Made by a program: the position numbers and the translations under genes | From: Camelus ferus | Taxonomy: Eukaryota | Reading direction: 5' to 3' | DNA: 64,000 nt | NCBI RefSeq assembly: GCF_009834535.1 | Contig: NC_045697.1 | Location: 120,592,001-120,656,000, forward strand | Shown here: positions 13,201 through 25,799 of the stretch, piece after piece | How the letters are laid out: the number at the start of each line of letters is the position of its first letter | How positions within the stretch are numbered: the first letter of the stretch is position 1 | Notes under the pieces: generated by a model | Told to the model about the DNA's origin: nothing | Databases searched by the model: none | Seen by the model: the letters and a program-made list of their open reading frames with translations, nothing else

Positions 13201-14169
13201 ATAAACACGTTCACAACTCAATAAAGAATGTTTGTCGAATCAGTGATGCATGTAGCGTGTTCGGAACATGCAATGTCACGGTGAGTGAAAGCATTTAAAT
13301 TACTTGTCCACTTGGTAGAACTTGCTCCAAAAGCATTTTTCTCTGAAATCTGCCTCATTTTCAAAACTGGCATTAGGAAAAATTCGAATTTTGAGAAAAT
13401 GCTTCTAAGTGCCAATATGACTATTATGGTGATGAAAGTTCAGAAATACACATGCTAAAAAATCTCTAGTTAATATTTTTCAAAACCGTGATGCATGCAG
13501 TTTTTTCAGAACACAGAATTTGACGATGAGCGAATCTATGTAAATTATATGTCTATTGGGTGGAACAAGTTCCGAGGGTATTTTTCTTTGAAAACTGCCT
13601 GATTTCAGAAACTGACTTTAGGAAAAATCTGCATATACTTTGTACATGTTTCCAGCTGTATATATACATTTATGGTAGATGAAAGTTCAGTAATCCACAT
13701 GCTAACAACTCAGCAGTGAATATTTGTTGTACCTGCGGTGCAAGTAGCAAGTTTGAAGCACGGAATTTCACGGCGACGGACTCTATGTAAATTATATGTC
13801 TAATGTGTAAAACATGCTACAAGACATTTATCCAGCTATAGTTGCCTGATTTTCTAAACTGCCATTAGGAAAAAGCTGCGAACTCAGAATAATGTTTTCT
13901 AGGTTTATATATGCCTTATATGGTGGATGAAAATTCTGTAATCTACATGCACACAACTGAGTAACGAATGTTTGTCAAATCCGTGATGAATTTAGCATGT
14001 TCGGACCATGGAAAGTCACTTTGTGGGAAACTATTGAAATTACAATTCTACTGGGTCGAACTCGCTTGCAGAGATTACTTCTGCAAAAACATCATGATTT
14101 TCAAAACAGACGGTAGGAAAAAGTAGTGAAATCAGAGTAAATATTTCTAGGTGTATATGTGTCTCATAT
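10213..14169 (+). repeat. Complete 16-mer HOR, variant alpha
   Basis: All 16 monomer types in order, 3957 bp. Diagnostic words include GTAAGGGCCATT, GCAACTAGCC, ATCGGTCCAAC and GAAAGATCAG. Confidence 0.9.
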
Positions 14170-17100
14170 GGTGGATGAAAGTTCTGTAATCCACATGCAC
14201 ACAACTGAGTAATTAACGTTTGTCAAATCCGGGATGCATGTAGCATGTTCAGAAAACGGAAAGTCGCTTTGAGGGAAACTTCTTAAATTACAATTCCTGT
14301 GGATAGAACTCGCTTGAAGAGGTTTTTTCCTGAGAAAACTTCATGATTTTAAAACCTGAAGTTAGGAAAAAGCTGTGAAAGCAGAATAAATGTTTCTAGG
14401 TGTAAATATGCCTTGTATGGTGGATTAAATTTCGGAAATCCACATGCTCTCTAATCAGTAATGAATGTTTTATAAATCCATTATGCATAGAGCGTGTTCT
14501 GAACAAGGAATGTCATGGTAGGTGAATCATTGTAAATTTCATGTCTGTCTGATAGAACACGCTCGAAGAGAATTTTTCTGTGAAAACTGCCTGTTTTTTG
14601 CAACTGGCATTCGGACAAATCTGCAAACACAGAGAAAAACTTCTAGGTGTAAATATGCCGTGTTTGTTGAATGAATGTTCGGTAATCAACACGATCCCAA
14701 CTCATTAATCAATGTTTGTCGAATCCGTGATCTATGTAATGTGCTCGGAACACAGACTATCACGGTAATAGAAACCTTGCAATTTACACATGTATTAGGT
14801 AGAATTCGCTCCAAAAGCATTTACCTGCGAAATCTGCCTCATTTTCAAAACTGGCATAAGATAAACACTTCGAAATCTGAGAAAATGATTCTAAGTGTCA
14901 ATATGAATTGTATGGTGGATGAAAGTTCAGTAATCCACATTCTAAAAAATTCTGTACTGAATATTTGTCGAAACAGTTATGCATGCAGCTTTCTCGGAAC
15001 ACAGAATTTGACGGTGAGCGAACCTATGTAAATTAAATATCTATTGTGTAGAACTCCCTCCAAGAGCATTTTTCGGTGAATACTGCCTCATTGTCGAAAC
15101 TGGCGTTAGGAAAACATTTCAAAAAATGAGAAAATGCTTGTAAGCGCCATTATGCCTTGTATGGTGGATAAAACTAAGGTAATCCACTTGCTAACAACTC
15201 TGTAGTTAATATTTGTGGAATCCGAGATGCATGTAGCATGTTCAGAACACGGAATTTCACGGTGAGCGAATATTTGTAAATTACAAGTCTCTTGGGTAGA
15301 ACTCGTTCCAAGATCTTTTTGCTGCGAAATCTGCCGCATTTTCTAAACTGGCGTTTGCAAACTTCTGTGAAATCAGAGAAAATGCTTCTAAGTATCAATA
15401 TGAATTTTATTATGCTGAAAGTTCGGTAATCCACATGCAAACACATTTGTAGTGAATATATGTCGAATCCGTTATGCATGTAGTGTGTTCGAAAGACATA
15501 ATTTCACAGCAATGGAATCTATGCAAATTACATGCCTAGTGGGTAGAAATCGCTCCAACAGTTTTTTCCTTAGAAAAATGCCTAATTTTCAAAACTGCTA
15601 TTAGGAAATTGCTGCGAACCCAGAGTTAATATTTCTAGGTGCAAATATGTCTTCTGCGGTAGATGAAAGTTTGTAATGCACATGCTTACACTCAATATAG
15701 AATGTTGTAGAATCTGTGATGCATGTAATGTATTCAGAACACGGAATGTCATGGTAAGTGTAACTATGTAAATTACAAGTCTATTGGATAGAACTCACTC
15801 CAATAGGATTTTTCTGTGAAAAATGTCTTATTTTCGAACCTGGCTTTAGGAATATCTGCAAATACTGAGTACATGTTTCCAGCTGTATATATACATTTTA
15901 TGGTAGTTGAAAGTACATTAATCCACATACTAACAACTCAGCACTTACAATTTGTCGAACTGCGGTGCATGTAGCATGTTCGTAGTACGGTAAGTCACGG
16001 CGAGGAGATCTATGTAAATTACATGTCTAGTGTGTAGAACACTCTACAAGAGAATTATCCTGCAAAGTTGCCTTATATACTAAAGTGCAGCTAGGAAAAA
16101 GCTGCAAAATCATTGTAATATATTCAATGTGTATATATGCATTATATGGTGGATGAAAGTTCTGTAATTCACAGGCACACAACTGACTAATGAATGTTTG
16201 TCAAATCCGTGGTGAATGCAGTGTGTTTAGACCACGGAAAGTCACTTTGTTGGAAACAATTGAAATTGCAATTCTAATGGGTAGAACTCACATGCAGAGA
16301 TATTTTCTGGGAAAACTTTATGATTTTCGAGACTGACGTTAGGGAAAATCTGTGAAATTAGGGTAAATATTTCTAGGTGTATTTATGCCTTGTATGGTGG
16401 ATGAAAGTGCTGTAATCCACATGCACACAACTGAGTAATGAATGTTTGTCAAATCCTTGATGCATGTAGCGTGTATAGAAAATGGAAAGTCACATTGAGG
16501 GAAACTATTTAAATTACAATTCTACTGGGTAGAACTAGCATGAAGAGGTTTTTTCTGCGAAAACTTCATGATTTTTGAAACTGAAGTTAGGAAAAAGCTT
16601 GGAAAGCAGAGTAAATATTTCTAGGTGTTAATATACCTTGTATGGTGGTGGAAAGTTCAGAAATCCACATGCTCACAACTCAGTAATGAATGATTTCTAA
16701 ATCCAATATGCATGTAGCGTTTTATGAACACGGAATGTCATGGTAAGTGAAACATTGTAAATTTCATGTCTATTGGATAGAACACGATCGAAGAGTATTT
16801 TTCTGTGAAAACTGCCTGTATTTTGCAAGTGGCATTAGGACAAATCTGTGAACAGAGAGAAAAATATCTAGGTGTAAATATGCAGTGTTTGGTGGATGAA
16901 AGTTTGGTATTCCACATGTTCACAGCTCATTAAAAAATGTTTGTCCAATCCGTGATCCATGTAGCGTGTTGGGAACACAGAATATCACGGTGATCGAAAC
17001 TTTGTAAATTACATCTGTATTCGGTAGAACTCGTTCCAAAAGCATTATTATGTGAAATCTGCCTCATTTTCAAATCTGATATTAGGAAAACACGTCAAAA

Positions 17101-17880
17101 TCTGAGAAAATGCTTCTAACTGTCAATATGACTTGTAAGGTGGATGAAAGTTTGGTAATAAACACGTTCACAACTCAATAAATAATGTTTGTTGAATCAG
17201 TGATGCATGTAGCGTGTTCGGAACATGCAATGTCACGGTGAGAGAAAGCATTTAAATTACATGTCCACTTGGTAGAACTTGCTGCAAAAGCATTTTTCTG
17301 TGAAATCTGCCTCATTTTCCAAACTGGCATTAGGAAAAAATTCGAATTTTGAGAAAATGCTTCTAAGTGCCAATATGACTTGTATGGTGATGAAAGTTCA
17401 GAAATACACATGCTAACAAACCTGTAGTGAATACTTTTTAAAACCGTGATGCATGCAGTTTTTTCAGAAGACACAATTTGACGATGAGCAAATCTATGTA
17501 AATTACATGTCTATTGTTTGGAACAAGTTCCAAGAGTATATTTCTGTGAAAATAGCCTGATTTCAGAAACTGACGTTAGGAAAAATCTGCATATACTTTC
17601 TACATGTTTCTAGCTGTATATACACATTTTATGGTAGATGAAAGTTCAGTAATCCACATGCTAACAACACAGCAGTGAATATTTGTCGAACCTGCGTTGC
17701 AAGTAGCAAGTTTGAAGCACGGAATTTCACGGCGAGGGACTCTATGTAAATTAAATGTCCAATGTTTAGAACATGCAACAAGAGATTTATCCTGCTATAG
17801 TTGCCAGATATTCAAAACTGCCATTAAGAAAAAGCTGTGAACTCAGAATAATGTTTTCTAGGTTTATATATGCCTTATAT
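14170..17880 (+). repeat. 15-mer HOR, variant beta (monomer P lost by P/A fusion)
   Basis: 3711 bp (15 x 247). The monomer at 17881 starts P-like (GATGAAAATTCTG) and continues A-like (CCACAGGCACACAACTGAGTAATTAACG). Confidence 0.88.
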
Positions 17881-20800
17881 GGTGGATGAAAATTCTGTAA
17901 TCCACAGGCACACAACTGAGTAATTAACGTTTGTCAAACCTGTGATGCATGTAGCATGTTCAGAAAACGAAAGTCACTTTGAGGGAAACTGCTTAAATTA
18001 CAGTTCCTATGGATAGAACTCGCTTGAAGAGGTTTATTCCTGAGAAAACTTCATGATTTTAAACCTGAAGTTAGGAAATAGCTGTGAAAGTAGAGTAAAT
18101 ATTTCTAGGTGTAAATATGCCTTGTATGGTGGATTAAATTTCGGAAATCCACATACTCTCTAACCTGTAATGAATGTTTCATAAATCCATTATACATATA
18201 GCGTGTTCTGAACAAGGAATGTCATGGTAAGTGAAACATTGTAAAATTCATTTGTTTTGATAGAACACGCTCGAAGAGAATTTTTCTGTGAAAACTGCCT
18301 GTTTTTTCAACTGGCATTCGGACAAATCTGCAAACACAGAAAAATTTTCTAGGTGTAAATATGCCGTGTTTGTTGGATGAATGTTCGGTAATCAACACGT
18401 TCCCAATTCATTAATTAATGTTTGTCGAATCCGTGATCCATGTAACGTGTTCGGAACACAGACTATCACGGTAATAGAAACCTTGCAATTTACACATGTA
18501 TTAGGTAGAATTCACTCCAAAAGCATTTATCTGCGAAATCTGCTTCATTTTTAAAACTGGCATTAGATAAACACTTCGAAATCTGAGAAAAAGATTCTAA
18601 GTGTCAATATGAATTGTATGGTGGATGAAAGTTCAATAATCCACATTCTAAAAAATTTTGTAGTGAATACTTGTCGAAACTGTTATGCATGCAGCTTTCT
18701 CGGAACACAGAATTTGACGGTGAGCGAACCTATGTAAATTAAATGTCTATTGTGTAGAACTCTCTCCAAGAGCATTTTTCGGTGAAAACTTCCTCATTTT
18801 CGAAACTGGCGTTAGGAAAACTTTCAAAAAATGAGAAAATTCTTGTAAGGGCCATTATGCCTTGTATGGTGGATAAAACTACGCTAATCCACATGCTAAC
18901 AACTCTGTAGTTAATATTTCTGGAATCCGAGATGCAACTAGCCTGTTCAGAACACGGAATTTCACGGTGAGCAAATCTTAGTAAATTACAAGTCTCTTGG
19001 GTAGAACACGCTCCAAGAGCTTTTTGCTGTGAAATCTGCCGCATTTTCTAAACTGGCGTTTGGAAACCTCTGTGAAATCAGAGAAAATGCTTCTAAGTAT
19101 CAATATGCCTTTTATTATGCTGAAAGTTCAGTAATCCACATGCAAACAAATTTGTAGTGAATATATGTCGAATCCGTTATCCATGTTGCGTGTTCGAAAG
19201 ACGTAAATTCACAGCAATGGAATCTATGCAAATTACATGCCTAGTGGGTAGAAATCGGTCCAACAGTTTTTTCCTTAGAAAAATGCATAATTTTTAAAAC
19301 TGCTATTAGGAAATTGCTGCGAACTCAGAGTTAATGTTTCTAGGTGCAAACATGTCTTGTGTGGTAGATGAAAGTTTGTAAAGCACATGCTTACACTCAA
19401 TAAAGAATGTTGTAGAATCTGTGATGCATGTAATGTATTCAGAACACGGAATGTCATGGTAAGTGAAACTCTGTAAATTACAAGTGTATTGGATAGAACT
19501 CACTCCAAGAGGATTTTCCTGTGAAAACTGTCTTATTTTTGAAACTGGCATTAAGGAATATCTGCAAATACTGAGCACATGATTCTAGCTGTATATATAC
19601 ATTGTATGGTAGATGAAAGTACATTAATCCACATGCTAACAACTCAGCACTTAATATTTGTCGAACTGCGGTGCATGTAGCATGTTCGGAGTACGGTATG
19701 TCACGGCGAGGAGATCTATGTAAATTACATGTCTACTGTGTAGAACACTCTACAAGAGAATTATCCTGCAAAATTCCCTGATATTCTAAACTGCAGATAG
19801 GAAAAAGCTGCAAAATCAGAATAATATTTTCAAGGTGTATATATGCATTTTATGTTGGATGAAAGTTCTGTAATTCACAGGCACACAACTGACTAATGAA
19901 TGTTTGACAAATCCGTGATGAATGCAGTGTGTTCGGACCACGGAAAGTCACTTTGTGGGAAACAATTGAAATTGCAATTCTAATGGGTAGAACTCACATG
20001 CAGAGATTTTTTTCTGGGAAAACTTTATGATTTTCGAGACTGACGTTAGGAAAAATCTGTGAAATCAGGGTAAATACTTCTAGGTGTATTTATGCCTTGT
20101 ATGGTGGATGAAAGTTCTGTAATCCACATACACACAACTGAGTAATGAATGATTGTCAAAACCGTGATGCATGTAGCGTGTTCAGAAAATGGAAAGTCAC
20201 TTTGAGGTAAACTATTTAAATTACTATTCTACTGAGTAGAACTCGCATGAAGAGGTTTTTTCTGGGAAAACTTCATGATTATTTTAACTGAAGTTAGGAA
20301 AAAGCTGGGAAAGCAGAGTAAATATTTCTAGGTGTAAATATAGCTTGTATGGTGGTGGAAAGATCAGAAATCCACATGCTCACAACTCAGTAATGAATGA
20401 TATCTTAATCCAAATGCATGTAACGTGTTATGAACACGGAATGTCACTGGTAAGTGAATCATTGTAAATTTCATGTCTATTGGATAGAACACGATCGAAG
20501 AGAATTTTTCTGTGAAAACTGCCTGTATTTTGCAAGTGGCATTAGGACAAATCTGCGAACACAGAGAAAAACGTCTAGGTGTAAATATACAGTGTTTGGT
20601 GGATGAAAGTTTGGTATTCCACATGTTGAGAGCTCATTAAAAAATGTTTGTCCAATCCGTGATCCATGTAGCGTGTTTGAAACACAGAATATCACGGTGA
20701 TAGAAACTTTGTAAATTACATGTGTATTGGGTAGAAATCGTTCCAAAAGCATTATTCTGTGAAATCTGCCTCATTTTCAAATCTGACATTAGGAAACATC

Positions 20801-23800
20801 TTCAAAATCTGAGAAAATGCTTCTAAGTGTCAATATGACTTGTTTGGTGGATGAAAGTTTGGTAATAAACACGTTCACCACTCAATAAAGAATGTTTGTC
20901 GAATCAGTGATGCATGTAGCGTGTTCGGAACATGCAATGTCACGGTGAGTGAAAGCATTTAAATTACATGTCCACTTGGTAGAACTTGCTCCAAAAGCAT
21001 TTTTCTGTGAAATCTGCCTCATTTTCAAAACTGGCATTAGGAAAAATTCGAATTTTGAGAAAATGCTTCTAAGTGCCAATATGACTATTATGGTGATGAA
21101 AGTTCAGAAATACACATGCTAAAAAATCTCTAGTTAATATTTTTCAAAACCGTGATGCATGCAGTTTTTTCAGAACACAGAATTTGACGATGAGCGAATC
21201 TATGTAAATTATATGTCTATTGGGTGGAACAAGTTCCAAGAGGTATATTTCTTTGAAAACTGCCTGATTTCAGAAACTGACTTTAGGAAAAATCTGCATA
21301 TACTTTGTACATGTTTCCAGCTGTATATATACATTTATGGTAGATGAAAGTTCAGTAATCCACATGCTAACAACTCAGCAGTGAATATTTGTTTAACCTG
21401 CGGTGCAAGTAGCAAGTTTGAAGCACGGAATTTGACGGCGACGGACTCTATGTAAATTATATGTCTAATGTGTAAAACATGCTACAATACATTTATCCAG
21501 CTATAGTTGCCTGATTTTCTAAACTGCCTTTAGGAAAAAGCTGCGAACTCAGAATAATGTTTTCTAGGTTTATATATGCCTTATATGGTGGATGAAAATT
21601 TGTAATCTACATGCACACAACTGAGTAACGAATGTTTGTCAAATCCGTGATGAATTTAGCATGTTCGGACCATGGAAAGTCACTTTGTGGGAAACTATTG
21701 AAATTACAATTCTACTGGGTCGAACTCGCTTGCAGAGATTACTTCTGCAAAAACATCATGATTTTCAAAACAGACGGTAGGAAAAAGTAGTGAAATCAGA
21801 GTAAATATTTCTAGGTGTATATGTGTCTCATATGGTGGATGAAAGTTCTGTAATCCACATGCACACAACTGAGTAATTAACGTTTGTCAAATCCGTGATG
21901 CATGTAGCATGTTCAGAAAACGGAAAGTCGCTTTGAGGGAAACTTCTTAAATTACAATTCCTGTGGATAGAACTCGCTTGAAGAGGTTTTTTCCTGAGAA
22001 AACTTCATGATTTTAAAACCTGAAGTTAGGAAAAAGCTGTGAAAGCAGAGTAAATATTTCTAGGTGTAAATATGCCTTGTATGGTGGATTAAATTTCAGA
22101 AATCCACATGCTCTCTAATCAGTAATGAATGTTTTATAAATCCATTATGCATAGAGCGTGTTCTGAACAAGGAATGTCATGGTAGGTGAATCATTGTAAA
22201 TTTCATGTCTGTCTGATAGAACACGCTCGAAGAGAATTTTTCTGTGAAAACTGCCTGTTTTTTGCAACTGGCATTCGGACAAATCTGCAAACACAGAGAA
22301 AAACTTCTAGGTGTAAATATGCCATGTTTGTTGAATGAATGTTCGGTAATCAACACGATCCCAACTCATTAATTAATGTTTGTCGAATCCGTGATCCATG
22401 TAATGTGCTCGGAACACAGACTATCACGGTAATAGAAAACTTGCAATTTACACATGTATTAGGTTAAAATCGCTCCAAAAGCATTTACCTGCGAAATCTG
22501 CCTCATTTGCAAAACTGGCATAAGAAAAACACTTCGAAATCTGAGAAAATGAATCTAAGTGCCAATATGAATTGTATGTTGGATGAAAGTTCAGTAATCC
22601 ACATGCTAAAAAATTCTGTACTGAATATTTGTCGAAACAGTTATGCATGCAGCATTCTCGGAACACAGAATTTGACGGTGAGCGAACCTATGTAAATTAA
22701 ATATCTATTGTGTAGAACTCTCTCCAAGAGCATTTTTCGGTGAATACTGCCTCATTTTCGAAACTGGCGTTAGGAAAAATTTCAAAAAATGAGAAAATGC
22801 TTGTAAGCGCCATTATGCCTTGTATGGTGGATAAAACTACGGTAATCCACTATGCTAACAACTCTGTAGTTAATATTTGTGGAATCCGAGATGCATGTAG
22901 CATGTTCAGAACACGGAATTTCACGGTGAGCGAATATTTGTAAATTACAAGTCTCTTGGGTAGAACTCGTTCCAAGTGCTTTTTGCTGCGAAATCTGCCG
23001 CATTTTCTAAACTGGCGTTTGCAAACTTCTGTGAAATCAGAGAAAATGCTTCTAAGTATCAATATGAATTTTATTATGCTGAAAGTTCGGTAATCCACAT
23101 GCAAACACATTTGTAGTGAATATATGTCGAATCCGTTATGCATGTAGTGTGTTCGAAAGACATAATTTCACAGCAATGGAATCTATGCAAATTACATGCC
23201 TAGTGGGTAGAAATCGCTCCAACAGTTTTTTCCTTAGAAAAATGCCTAATTTTCAAAACTGCTATTAGGAAATTGCTGCGAACCCAGAGTTAATATTTCT
23301 AGGTGCAAATATGTCTTCTGCGGTAGATGAAAGTTTGTAATGCACATGCTTACACTCAATATAGAATGTTGTAGAATCTGTGATGCATGTAATGTATTCA
23401 GAACACGGAATGTCATGGTAAGTGTAACTATGTAAATTACAAGTCTATTGGATAGAACTCACTCCAATAGGATTTTTCTGTGAAAAATGTCTTATTTTCG
23501 AACCTGGCTTTAGGAATATCTGCAAATACTGAGTACATGTTTCCAGCTGTATATATACATTTTATGGTAGTTGAAAGTACATTAATCCACATACTAACAA
23601 CTCAGCACTTACAATTTGTCGAACTGCGGTGCATGTAGCATGTTCGTAGTACGGTAAGTCACGGCGAGGAGATCTATGTAAATTACATGTCTAGTGTGTA
23701 GAACACTCTACAAGAGAATTATCCTGCAAAGTTGCCTTATATACTAAAGTGCAGCTAGGAAAAAGCTGCAAAATCATTGTAATATATTCAATGTGTATAT

Positions 23801-25799
23801 ATGCATTATATGGTGGATGAAAGTTCTGTAATTCACAGGCACACAACTGACTAATGAATGTTTGTCAAATCCGTGGTGAATGCAGTGTGTTTAGACCACG
23901 GAAAGTCACTTTGTTGGAAACAATTGAAATTGCAATTCTAATGGGTAGAACTCACATGCAGAGATATTTTCTGGGAAAACTTTATGATTTTCGAGACTGA
24001 CGTTAGGGAAAATCTGTGAAATTCAGGGTAAATATTTCTAGGTGTATTTATGCCTTGTATGGTGGATGAAAGTGCTGTAATCCACATGCACACAACTGAG
24101 TAATGAATGTTTGTCAAATCCTTGATGCATGTAGCGTGTATAGAAAATGGAAAGTCACATTGAGGGAAACTATTTAAATTACAATTCTACTGGGTAGAAC
24201 TCGCATGAAGAGGTTTTTTCTGCGAAAACTTCATGATTTTTGAAACTGAAGTTAGGAAAAAGCTGGGAAAGCAGAGTAAATATTTCTAGGTGTAATATAC
24301 CTTGTATGGTGGTGGAAAGTTCAGAAATCCACATGCTCACAACTCAGTAATGAATGATTTCTAAATCCAATATGCATGTAGCGTGTTATGAACACGGAAT
24401 GTCATGGTAAGTGAAACATTGTAAATTTCATGTCTATTGGATAGAACACGATCGAAGAGTATTTTTCTGTGAAAACTGCCTGTATTTCGCAAGTGGCATT
24501 AGGACAAATCTGTGAACACGAGAGAAAAATATCTAGGTGTAAATATGCAGTGTTTGGTGGATGAAAGTTTGGTATTCCACATGTTCACAGCTCATTAAAA
24601 AATGTTTGTCCAATCCGTGATCCATGTAGCGTGTTGGGAACACAGAATATCACGGTGATCGAAACTTTGTAAATTACATCTGTATTCGGTAGAACTCGTT
24701 CCAAAAGCATTATTATGTGAAATCTGCCTCATTTTCAAATCTGATATTAGGAAAACACGTCAAAATCTGAGAAAATGCTTCTAACTGTCAATATGACTTG
24801 TAAGGTGGATGAAAGTTTGGTAATAAACACGTTCACAACTCAATAAATAATGTTTGTCGAATCAGTGATGCATGTAGCGTGTTCGGAACATGCAATGTCA
24901 CGGTGAGATGAAAGCATTTAAATTACATGTCCACTTGGTAGAACTTGCTGCAAAAGCATTTTCTCTGTGAAATCTGCCTCATTTTCCAAACTGGCATTAG
25001 GAAAAATTCGAATTTTGAGAAAATGCTTCTAAGTGCCAATATGACTTGTATGGTGATGAAAGTTCAGAAATACACATGCTAACAAATCTGTAGTGAATAC
25101 TTTTAAAACCGTGATGCATGCAGTTTTTTCAGAAGACACAGAATTTGACGATGAGCGAATCTATGTAAATTACATGTCTATTGGTTGGAACAAGTTCCAA
25201 GAGTATATTTCTGTGAAAACTAGCCTGATTTCAGAAACTGACGTTAGGAAAAATCTGCATATACTTTCTACATGTTTCTAGCTGTATATACACATTTTAT
25301 GGTAGATGAAAGTTCAGTAATCCACATGCTAACAACACAGCAGTGAATATTTGTCGAACCTGCGTTGCAAGTAGCAAGTTTGAAGCACGGAATTTCACGG
25401 CGACGGGACTCTATGTAAATTATATGTCCTAATGTGTAGAATACATGCTACAAGACATTTATCCAGCTATAGTTGCCTAGATTTCTAAACTGCCATTAGG
25501 AAAAAGCTGCGAACTCAGAATAATGTTTTCTAGGTTTATATATGCCTTATATGGTGGATGAAAATTCTGTAATCTACATGCACACAACTGAGTAACGAAT
25601 GTTTGTCAAATCCGTGATGAATTTAGCATGTTCGGACCATGGAAAGTCACTTTGTGGGAAACTATTGAAATTACAATTCTACTGGGTCGAACATCGCTTG
25701 CAGAGATTACTTCTGCAAAAACATCATGATTTTCAAAGAGACGGTAGGAAAAAGTAGTGAATCAGAGTAAATATTTCTAGGTGTATATAGTGTCTATAT
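17881..25799 (+). repeat. Two 16-mer HORs (delta/alpha mosaic, then beta)
   Basis: A at 17881, 21834, 25800. From ~18.7 kb the sequence repeats 11.0-17.7 kb at an offset of ~7663 bp (near-identical ORFs 11612/19275, 12813/20477, 13218/20882). Confidence 0.87.
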
